Shown here in pieces: positions 47,925 to 56,368 of a DNA stretch of 64,000 nucleotides. How positions within the stretch are numbered: position 1 is the stretch's first letter; every line of letters starts with the position of its first letter. The DNA is from Candidatus Kapaibacterium sp. (lineage in GTDB: Bacteria; Bacteroidota; Ignavibacteria; Kapaibacteriales; UBA2268), in NCBI GenBank assembly GCA_938031175.1, contig CALHGZ010000010.1:83508-147507 (forward strand), written 5' to 3'. A program made the translations under genes and the position numbers. The notes under the pieces were generated by a model, which did not search any database, was not told where the DNA came from, and saw only the letters and a list, made by a program, of their open reading frames with translations.

Positions 47925-50789
47925 TTATTTACTTACGATAAATTTAAATGATTCACGGTAAAAACCATTTTCGATAACACCTAAGTATAAGCCATTTTCC
48001 AGCTCTGATGTATCAATTTTCAAAGTATGGTTACCAGTTGTCAAGAGATGATTATTTTTAAGAACAAGACTACCATTGACATTAAAGACTTTAAGCGTCA
48101 TATTAACATTTACATAAGTTGTTATGTTAACTGTGGTATATTCTCGTGCTGGATTTGGATACACGGAAGAAATATTTAAGCTCGGTTGCAATTTTTCAGA
48201 ATTTTTTTCTATACTTGTTGCGGGTTCAATTTTTACACCGAAAAATCCGCCATTTCGACAAGTTGATCCTGAAAAGCGCTCATATTCGTCAGGTATGATA
48301 TCATTATTATTACTACCACGTGGTATCCCATTATTAAAATCAAGTGATGCTATTGCACCATAATATTTATGTCCTTGGCCAAAGCATTTTGTAATTGTAC
48401 CTTCTCGAATTCCCTCCCATAATTTGACTTCTGCTATTATGCTACCCGTAGGTGATGTAATTCTAACTTTGTCACCATCATTTAAATTCAATTTTGCTGC
48501 ATCTTTATGATTAATTTTTACCACATCAGCCCAGGATTTATCACCGGGATCAACTTTTTTAAACTCATGGTACCATGTGATGTTTTGACTCCTACCTTCG
48601 CGATTAAATTTAGACTTGTAATCAATGAAGTAAAATGGATATTCCTTACTATCACCAATTCTTGGAGGTGGTTCATAGTGTGGAACAAAAGCTAATTCTC
48701 CTTGAGCTAAATAATTCGAAGCAATTAAGATATCGTCTATTGTGGTTTCGTGTTTATCAGCATGATCTTGTAATACTTTTTTCAAAGTTTCACTGTAAAA
48801 TTCAAATTTCTTAGTAATCGTACCAAAATTACCCCATAACTTTCTAAATTCATATTTTTTGGAAATAACAATTCCTTCTTCTTTGAATTTTTCCCAACCT
48901 CCTATAGTATCATAACTGGGTTTTGTTCTCATTTTTGTAACTATTTCAGCAAATTCAGTGGCATTAGTTGCTGATTGATTTGTTTCAGGATCTTTAATTT
49001 CATTGGTTAAATAATTATATAAATTGGGAAATCCCTTTTCATTTAACTTTTCCGCAATATTCCATACAAATTCATTTTCATCAGCTCGTACATCCCACAT
49101 TCTTTTTATTAGGGGTTGTTGTATTGAGAGAAAAGCATAAGTATTAGCAAAAGAATTAGATCCAGACCATTTCTCAGCGGATGGATGAGCAGCAGGTAAT
49201 ACTATATCGGCATAATGAGTCATTTCACTTGCATTAGTTGTTATATGAACTAAAAAAGGTATTTTAGCTAATACCTCGCTCCATCTTTGTCCCTGTGTAC
49301 CTGAATAATTAAAGTTACACCAGTAAGCTATACAAATTTTTATATCATAGGGATCATTTTTTAGTAGAGCGTTTGGAACGTTATTTGTAACTACAGCGGA
49401 ACCAGCTTTGCCTGAAGCTATTGCTGGAAAGTTTTTATAACCTCTTTGGTCAATTTTTTTCATCTTTACACCCGCTTTTGCAATATCATCCTGATAATTT
49501 GCTTCACTAGGGAAAGATGTCAAAGAAATCTTATTTGAACGGATTGGACCTCCCTCATTGTCAGTAGAACCGAGAAGTCCATTAAGTGCATGGATAGCCA
49601 TCGATGTATAAGCACCTCTTGGAGTCATTACTGCTCCTGGTCCGAGCCAAACAGACACTTTCGGTGCAGCTTGTCCCATTCCTCTTGCAATTCTAATGAT
49701 TTGTTCTTTGGGTATCAAAGTAATCTTCTCAGCCCATTCAGGTGTTTTATCTTTGAGTTCGAGGTTCCACCATTTTATTAATCCGTTAGTATGAACTTCA
49801 TTAAATACATCTTCATTTAGTTCCTGTCCTGCTATGAATTGATTTTGTCCATTTTTAAAATCACCTACAAATTCTTTGTTCCATAATCCCTCAGTCAATA
49901 TAACATGTGCAATTGCAGATGCCAATGCACCGTCTTCGCCTGGTTTAATGGGCAACCATTCATGTGATTTTGCTGCTGCTGAGCTAAATCGGGGGTCAAT
50001 GGTTACTAATGTTGCATTTTGACTTATATGGGAGATTTTATTTAGCATATTTGGTATTTGTCTATTTGAACTAAATGGGTCGGTACCCCAGAAAACAATG
50101 TATTTTGAGTTCATTAAATCGTAATCTCTATAACCCCAAAAACCTTCAGTGTAATAGGGTCCAAATTTCTCTGCTTCTGCACATATAGCACTGTGTGAAA
50201 TATTATTTGGAGAGCCAATAATTTTGGGAAAAATTGAGTAGAGTAAATCGGTATTTAAAGTGGAATATCTTCCACGTAAAAGCAAAAATTTATGTGGTTC
50301 ATTATTTTGGCGTAATTCAATTAATTTTTCAGCTATGGTATCTAATGCTTCATCCCAACTAATTGGCACAAAGTTTGGATTCTCATTTGGACCTTTTCGT
50401 GGATTAGTTCTTTTCATTGGCACTTTGACTCGGTCAGGATCATAAATTTCAAGTGTTAATAAATGTCCTTTAGGACAGACAAATCCATTATTAGACAAAG
50501 AACGTTGATTACCACGAACTTTGGTAGCTCTACCATTTTGAACAAAAATTTCAACAGCACACCAAGTGGTACATCCCTGACAAGTTGTCGGTATCCACTT
50601 ACCATTAATATCGAGTATTGCATCGTAATTACCTGTTTTAGCTTTGAATGCTTTTAAAACAGGCGGTGCTAATAAAGTTCCAGTCGCTAATATTGTGGAA
50701 TTTACTAAAAACTTCCTACGACTGGATGATTTTAGATCAGAATTTTTTATTTCTGAGTTTAATACTGAATTAGTTTTACTTTGAATCAT
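47925..50789 (-). CDS. arrA: Respiratory arsenate reductase catalytic subunit ArrA (Mo-bisPGD, [4Fe-4S]) fused to a C-terminal T9SS sorting domain
   Basis: Tat motif SRRKFL; CQGCTTWC..CPKG cluster; RGRY (ArrA) rather than GRGW (ArxA); SHSAICAEAEKFGPYY..G.WGY active-site loop; last ~98 aa contain YPNP, KVFNVNGSLV, IDTSELENGLYL, KFIVSK. Confidence 0.92.
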   Translation of the reverse strand: MIQSKTNSVLNSEIKNSDLKSSSRRKFLVNSTILATGTLLAPPVLKAFKAKTGNYDAILDINGKWIPTTCQGCTTWCAVEIFVQNGRATKVRGNQRSLSNNGFVCPKGHLLTLEIYDPDRVKVPMKRTNPRKGPNENPNFVPISWDEALDTIAEKLIELRQNNEPHKFLLLRGRYSTLNTDLLYSIFPKIIGSPNNISHSAICAEAEKFGPYYTEGFWGYRDYDLMNSKYIVFWGTDPFSSNRQIPNMLNKISHISQNATLVTIDPRFSSAAAKSHEWLPIKPGEDGALASAIAHVILTEGLWNKEFVGDFKNGQNQFIAGQELNEDVFNEVHTNGLIKWWNLELKDKTPEWAEKITLIPKEQIIRIARGMGQAAPKVSVWLGPGAVMTPRGAYTSMAIHALNGLLGSTDNEGGPIRSNKISLTSFPSEANYQDDIAKAGVKMKKIDQRGYKNFPAIASGKAGSAVVTNNVPNALLKNDPYDIKICIAYWCNFNYSGTQGQRWSEVLAKIPFLVHITTNASEMTHYADIVLPAAHPSAEKWSGSNSFANTYAFLSIQQPLIKRMWDVRADENEFVWNIAEKLNEKGFPNLYNYLTNEIKDPETNQSATNATEFAEIVTKMRTKPSYDTIGGWEKFKEEGIVISKKYEFRKLWGNFGTITKKFEFYSETLKKVLQDHADKHETTIDDILIASNYLAQGELAFVPHYEPPPRIGDSKEYPFYFIDYKSKFNREGRSQNITWYHEFKKVDPGDKSWADVVKINHKDAAKLNLNDGDKVRITSPTGSIIAEVKLWEGIREGTITKCFGQGHKYYGAIASLDFNNGIPRGSNNNDIIPDEYERFSGSTCRNGGFFGVKIEPATSIEKNSEKLQPSLNISSVYPNPAREYTTVNITTYVNVNMTLKVFNVNGSLVLKNNHLLTTGNHTLKIDTSELENGLYLGVIENGFYRESFKFIVSK

Positions 50790-51030
50790 AAAATTTCCCT
50801 TTGATATAGTTGAATAATTAGATTAGTTACAAATTAAATTAAATTGGATTGTTAATCAAGAATTTATTAACACAATTATTTTACAAAATTTATATTAATT
50901 TAATATAATAATTAGATTAGGTATAATTAATCTTGATGATATTCACATAAGTAAGTTTAAATTTATTCATAAAAACATTTCAATTAATTGATTAATTTTG
51001 ATATTTGATGCTTTTCAATGATTAAATGAT

Positions 51031-53937
51031 ATGCAAGTTAAAAAGAGTGTTGAAAAAACAGATATTAGCTCATTTTCTGAGCTGAATCAAATTGTAATTG
51101 AAGGAGCACGCGAGCATAATCTGAAGAATATAAACGTTCGAATACCAAGAGACAAATTCATAGTTATTACTGGAGTTTCGGGTTCAGGTAAATCGAGTCT
51201 AGCTTTCGACACAATTTACGCGGAGGGACAACGACGCTATGTAGATTGCTTATCAGCTTATGCACGTCAGTATCTTGGAATATTGAAAAAAGCAGATGTA
51301 GATAAAATTGAAGGTTTATCACCATCAATATCCATCGATCAAAAATCTATAAGTCACAATCCTCGTTCTACTGTCGGAACAGTCACAGAAATTTATGACT
51401 ATATGCGTTTATTGTTTGCTAAAATAGGTATGCAGTATTGTATTGATTGTAATATTGCTGTAGAACAAAAATCTGTTGATACAATAGTAGATGAAATTCT
51501 AGAGCAATATTCTGGTAAACCAATACAGATATTATCACCTATCGTAAGAGGTAGAAAAGGTCATTATAAAGAATTGTTCAACCAGTTTTTAAAACTTGGT
51601 TTTACAAAGGTTAGAGTAGATGGCCAATTGCTTGACATTGTGCCCGATATGCAATTAAACAGATATCAAATCCATGATATCGAACTTATTATTGATCGTC
51701 TGACAGTGGATAAAAAACATATTCAGCGTATTACTGAATCAGTTGAACTAGCATTGCAAAAAAGTGAGGGAATCGTTATTATAAATACACATGGCAACAA
51801 TGGATTACCAAAAGACAAAACATTTTCAACTTTGAATTCATGTCCATCATGTGGTAAAGCATATGAAGCTCTTGCTCCTAATATGTTTTCTTTCAATTCA
51901 CCATACGGGGCTTGTAAAAAATGTGATGGATTAGGTGAAATTCAAAGTTTTGAACCAAATTTACTAATTCCAGACACTAATTTATCTATTGAAAACGGGG
52001 GTATAGCACCTTTGGGTAAATTCCGACCTAATTATTTATGGTCTTTGGTTGAGGCATACTGTATCAAGAGGGAAATTGATTTATCTAAACCTATCAAGGA
52101 ATTGAGTCAAGAAAAACTACATTCTCTACTTTATGGAGGTAATTCTGAAACAATTGATGTAAATTATCAATTCCAAACGGGAACAGTATCTAAATATAAA
52201 CAAACATTTAGTGGACTTATTGAAATTCTTAATCATCTATATGAAACAACCCCAAGCAAATCCAAAAAAAGAGAACTTGAAGAATTTATGTCAACCACTG
52301 TATGTAATGTATGTAATGGTGGGAGACTCAAACTTGAAAATCTAGCTGTAAAGATTTTAGATAAAAATATACATCAACTTTCTTTAATGGATATTAAGAC
52401 TTTACATTTATTTTTTTCTGCTCTACCGGAAAAACTTAACAAAAGAGATAGAATCATTGCAAATATGATCATAAAAGAAATAACTGAACGATTGCAATTT
52501 ATGTTGGATGTGGGTTTATCATATTTATCAATTAACCGTCCATCAAGAACACTATCAGGTGGAGAAGCTCAAAGAATTAGATTGGCTTCTCAAATCGGTT
52601 CAAAATTAGTTGGTATCACTTACATTTTAGATGAGCCAAGCATCGGCTTGCACCAGCACGACAATGGGAAATTAATTAGCTCACTTAAAACCCTCTCTGA
52701 AATGGGGAACACTGTAATTGTCGTAGAACACGACAAGCAAATGATGGAAAATGCTGATTACATTGTAGACATTGGTCCAGGTGCAGGTATTCACGGCGGG
52801 AAAATATTAATTTCTGCCTCAAAAGATGAAATTGAACACTTAAGTGAAAATGAAATTAGTAAATCCATAACAATTCAATATTTAAAAAAAATTAAAAACA
52901 TACCTATTCCGCCTCAACGAAGGCAGGGAAATGGTAAATTGTTAATTCTCGAAGGTGCCAGTGGTAATAATCTAAAAAATATTACCCTTAGATTACCTCT
53001 TGGAGTAATGATTTGTATTACAGGAATGAGTGGTTCTGGTAAGTCGTCTTTGATAAACGATACTTTATATCCAATATTAGCACGCCATTTTTACAAATCA
53101 AAACTCAAACCTTTACCCTATTCACAAATTACTGGTATCGAGTATATAGATAAAATTATTGAAATTGACCAAACTCCCATAGGACGAACCCCTCGTTCCA
53201 ATCCTGCAACATATACCGGGCTTTTTACGCTAATCCGTGATTTTTATACTTTACTTCCTGAATCAAAAATAAGAGGATACACTGCTGGAAGATTTTCTTT
53301 TAACGTCAAAGGTGGTAGATGTGAAGCATGCGAAGGTGCTGGGTTGAAAAAAATTGAAATGAATTTTCTACCGGAAATTTATGTTGAGTGTGATATATGC
53401 AATGGGAAAAGATACAATCGTGAAACACTTATGGTTAAATATAAAGGCAAATCGATCGCAGATGTACTGGATATGACAGTTGAAGAAGCTTTAGAGTTTT
53501 TCAAAGATATACCAAAAATAAAAAGGAAATTGAAAGTACTCAGTGATGTGGGGTTAAATTATTTAATACTTGGTCAGCAGGCACCAACTTTGTCTGGTGG
53601 AGAGGCTCAAAGGATTAAGTTAGCAACTGAACTTTCCAAAACGGCAACTGGTAAAACTTTGTACCTATTGGATGAGCCAACAACAGGTTTACATTTCGAA
53701 GATATTAGTCTTCTGCTAAAATTACTGAACAGATTAACTGACAAAGGCAATACAATTGTAATTATTGAACATAATATGGATATCATTAAATGTGCTGATT
53801 GGATTATAGACTTAGGCCCCGAAGGTGGTGACAGAGGTGGTTATATCATTGCTGAAGGTACACCGGAAGAGATTGTAAAAAACAAAAATAGCCTTACTGC
53901 TAAATATTTGGCAGAAGAGTTGAAAGCTAATAATTAA
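51031..53937 (+). CDS. uvrA: Excinuclease ABC subunit A
   Basis: [20 protein letters not shown], two zinc fingers, LSGGEAQRI twice, GMSGSGKS. Confidence 0.98.
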   Translation: MQVKKSVEKTDISSFSELNQIVIEGAREHNLKNINVRIPRDKFIVITGVSGSGKSSLAFDTIYAEGQRRYVDCLSAYARQYLGILKKADVDKIEGLSPSISIDQKSISHNPRSTVGTVTEIYDYMRLLFAKIGMQYCIDCNIAVEQKSVDTIVDEILEQYSGKPIQILSPIVRGRKGHYKELFNQFLKLGFTKVRVDGQLLDIVPDMQLNRYQIHDIELIIDRLTVDKKHIQRITESVELALQKSEGIVIINTHGNNGLPKDKTFSTLNSCPSCGKAYEALAPNMFSFNSPYGACKKCDGLGEIQSFEPNLLIPDTNLSIENGGIAPLGKFRPNYLWSLVEAYCIKREIDLSKPIKELSQEKLHSLLYGGNSETIDVNYQFQTGTVSKYKQTFSGLIEILNHLYETTPSKSKKRELEEFMSTTVCNVCNGGRLKLENLAVKILDKNIHQLSLMDIKTLHLFFSALPEKLNKRDRIIANMIIKEITERLQFMLDVGLSYLSINRPSRTLSGGEAQRIRLASQIGSKLVGITYILDEPSIGLHQHDNGKLISSLKTLSEMGNTVIVVEHDKQMMENADYIVDIGPGAGIHGGKILISASKDEIEHLSENEISKSITIQYLKKIKNIPIPPQRRQGNGKLLILEGASGNNLKNITLRLPLGVMICITGMSGSGKSSLINDTLYPILARHFYKSKLKPLPYSQITGIEYIDKIIEIDQTPIGRTPRSNPATYTGLFTLIRDFYTLLPESKIRGYTAGRFSFNVKGGRCEACEGAGLKKIEMNFLPEIYVECDICNGKRYNRETLMVKYKGKSIADVLDMTVEEALEFFKDIPKIKRKLKVLSDVGLNYLILGQQAPTLSGGEAQRIKLATELSKTATGKTLYLLDEPTTGLHFEDISLLLKLLNRLTDKGNTIVIIEHNMDIIKCADWIIDLGPEGGDRGGYIIAEGTPEEIVKNKNSLTAKYLAEELKANN

Positions 53938-54541
53938 TTCTAAAAAAAACAATTAATGAATTGGTTTCGAAAGGCGAAGTTGCAAAAAATGTAATTTCAA
54001 ATGCTCCTGAAATATTTTTTTTCACTGTTTCAAATTCGTAAAATTTAAGCAATGCAGTAGCCTGATTTTCTGTAAAATAATAAATTTTATCATTAACATA
54101 TTCATAAATAAAAACTCTGTAAGACCTGTTTTTGTATACAGGTTCATTTAAAAGTATAGTGCCAATAGGATTAACAGAATCTACTCTGAATTCAACCTGA
54201 GAAATCCAGTCATTTCTACGTGGGAAACCGGGAGTTGTTTTAGAGCTTTTCAGATTAAGATTGAACCATAAAAATGGTAATTGATTAGTTGTGTCAATGT
54301 AAATATCATAAGCTAATACTGTGTAATTTGTATCCCAAAAATATGTCTCAATGAACTTATATTTTTCACTGATAGTTATGTTCATAGTCTCAAGCCTATA
54401 TTTATTGCTTTTTAATGGTGGTTTGTCAATATATGTTATCTTAGGATTTGGCTCAATACCAAGCGAATCTTTGCAGGCATAAAATAGAACAGAACACAGT
54501 AAACAGAATATAAGGACTCTATAAATTGAAACCAATACCAT
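53927..54541 (-). CDS. Hypothetical lipoprotein
   Basis: Lipobox FYAC-KD; third gene of the ECF operon. Confidence 0.65.
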   Translation of the reverse strand: MVLVSIYRVLIFCLLCSVLFYACKDSLGIEPNPKITYIDKPPLKSNKYRLETMNITISEKYKFIETYFWDTNYTVLAYDIYIDTTNQLPFLWFNLNLKSSKTTPGFPRRNDWISQVEFRVDSVNPIGTILLNEPVYKNRSYRVFIYEYVNDKIYYFTENQATALLKFYEFETVKKNISGAFEITFFATSPFETNSLIVFFRINY

Positions 54542-55694
54542 AAGTCAGCCCTATTTTGTATGAGTAAAAGGGGTTATTATCATGTGTATATCTAAACAAA
54601 CTTGATTCAATGCCCAAGATGAATTTATAATCCTCGCTCAGAGACCAATCAAGACCGATAATTCCTCTTCCGATTATTCCGTATTGATTACCACCAGCTG
54701 TCATTCCTGCATTGATAGATATATTATCAAATTTTAAAAGATTATATTTTATACCAGCGGATATTGTATAAAAGTTTGGATATTGTGAATACAAAACTTT
54801 ATAGCCTTGTGAATCAAAGCCTTCGAATTTTTGATAAAAGTATTCTTGCCTGAAATCAGCGGTCAATTCGATATTATCTGCAATACTATAAGCCATTCCG
54901 ATTCCGCTATTACTGAACCGAGGACGTGACTGATATTCAATATCCGGTTTCAAAAGTGAAAAATATTGATTTCCAAATAAGCTGAACGATAAACCTACTT
55001 TAGGTTTTTCAATTTTTATATATTCAACAGTTTGAATTGATAGATTAAGATTTGCTGGTTCTTTCCCAACTTTTAAAATTATCGGGGATAAATACTCTTT
55101 TGATTTATCTACGTTTTGTATCGATCTCTCAGCAAATTCATTTTTGTATTTTAAATTTTGAACAGTGAATTGATTGTTATAATCTATAGATGTTTTTTTT
55201 CGATTAGATAAATTCGTTTTTCCCGTCAATTGTCTTTCGTCTTGTTTATCAGTCTCAATAGCTGGAATTAAGCTATTAGTATTTCCAGACTCCATTTTTT
55301 CAAACGTATTTAGATTTTTATTTGCAATTGAGGTATTATCCTTAGAATTAAAAAAATTAATATAGAGCGTAAAGATCATTGTTGTTAAAACTGCTGCAAT
55401 TAAGCCTCCGATGATACCTTGTGAATATTTATTAAACACATTATACAATGAGTACAAAATCGAACTGGGATTAGCATTTGGATTAAAACCAAGAGAAGAA
55501 AATATACTCATTGTAGCTTTAGCAGATGGAGTTATACTTTGAGCATCAGCCTTGAGGGATTTTTCCATTACAAGATATTTTTTAAATTCAGAGCGAAAAT
55601 CTTCGTCAGTTGAGAGTTTCAAAACGAATTCATCCTCAAGCTCTGAATTCAGATTCCCATCTAAAAATTCATTTATTAGTTCATTATTTTCCAT
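54519..55694 (-). CDS. Putative anti-sigma factor fused to a C-terminal outer-membrane beta-barrel
   Basis: N-terminal LINEFLDGNL..E.EDEF anti-sigma-like helices; TM segment GIIGGLIAAVLTTMIFTLYINFF; polar linker; about 8 amphipathic strands ending YGIGFNL. Confidence 0.65.
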   Translation of the reverse strand: MENNELINEFLDGNLNSELEDEFVLKLSTDEDFRSEFKKYLVMEKSLKADAQSITPSAKATMSIFSSLGFNPNANPSSILYSLYNVFNKYSQGIIGGLIAAVLTTMIFTLYINFFNSKDNTSIANKNLNTFEKMESGNTNSLIPAIETDKQDERQLTGKTNLSNRKKTSIDYNNQFTVQNLKYKNEFAERSIQNVDKSKEYLSPIILKVGKEPANLNLSIQTVEYIKIEKPKVGLSFSLFGNQYFSLLKPDIEYQSRPRFSNSGIGMAYSIADNIELTADFRQEYFYQKFEGFDSQGYKVLYSQYPNFYTISAGIKYNLLKFDNISINAGMTAGGNQYGIIGRGIIGLDWSLSEDYKFILGIESSLFRYTHDNNPFYSYKIGLTYGIGFNL

Positions 55695-55703
55695 TCAACA
55701 CCA

Positions 55704-56273
55704 TTATTTATTATTTTCTAAATCTTTAAGATATGGAGATAATATATCTTTCAGCTTTTCTTTTGCCCGATGTACTCTGATACGTGCATTGCCAACAGAT
55801 ATATTTAGTATTTCGGCTATTTCCTCGTAACTAAGTTCATTATAAACTCTTAATATTAGTGGTTCTTTGTATTCTATTTCAAGCAATTCAATTCCATACT
55901 TTATTAAATCTAAGTATTCTTTGTCATCAGAGCTTTTGTGCTGAGTTATAAAGTTTTCAATTTCTTCTAATGGTAAATTAATTTTTGAATTTCTTTTAAA
56001 GTTAAGACATAAGTTTCGTGCTATTCTGATTAAAAATCTTTGTATGTTTAATTTTTGGTGTTCGGGATCGATGTATTGATAAAATCTTAAAAATGTTTCT
56101 TGAAAAATGTCTTCAGCAATTTCTTTATTTCCTAATATGCGATAGCAGTATGCGTAAATTTTTTGTGAATATCTATCATAAATTTCAGTAAAAGCAAATT
56201 CACTGTTTTTTTTATCGAATTTTAGTAAATAAGCTAATTCTTTATCACTATATGTACTGAATTTGTTTTTCAT
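55704..56273 (-). CDS. ECF RNA polymerase sigma factor
   Basis: AFTEIYDRY, AEDIFQETF, IARNLCLN, LSYEEIAEIL.IS.GNARIRVHRAK. Confidence 0.95.
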   Translation of the reverse strand: MKNKFSTYSDKELAYLLKFDKKNSEFAFTEIYDRYSQKIYAYCYRILGNKEIAEDIFQETFLRFYQYIDPEHQKLNIQRFLIRIARNLCLNFKRNSKINLPLEEIENFITQHKSSDDKEYLDLIKYGIELLEIEYKEPLILRVYNELSYEEIAEILNISVGNARIRVHRAKEKLKDILSPYLKDLENNK

Positions 56274-56335
56274 TTAAATAGTAGAAATCTATTAATATAT
56301 ATGCATTGACTCAGTTAATGTTACAATATTATATT

Positions 56336-56359
56336 AAAAAGGGCAGTCAATACTGCCCT
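56336..56359 (-). terminator. Intrinsic terminator of M4 peptidase gene
   Basis: GGGCAGT-CAAT-ACTGCCC stem-loop with a U-tract on the minus strand. Confidence 0.85.
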
Positions 56360-56368
56360 ATTTTATGA

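Noticed and set aside
48108-48132. dif-like sequence TTTACATAA-GTTG-TTATGTTAACT inside the arrA CTD, with xerD in the window
   Set aside because: The central spacer is 4 bp rather than the 6 bp of dif sites, and it lies in coding sequence (VNITTYVN codons).
47925-50789. Alternative identity as ArxA (anaerobic arsenite oxidase), PsrA/PhsA or TtrA
   Set aside because: It has RGRY rather than the ArxA GRGW motif and retains the ArrA arsenate-binding residues, and its partner has the ArrB-type insert. A phylogeny is still needed for formal confirmation.
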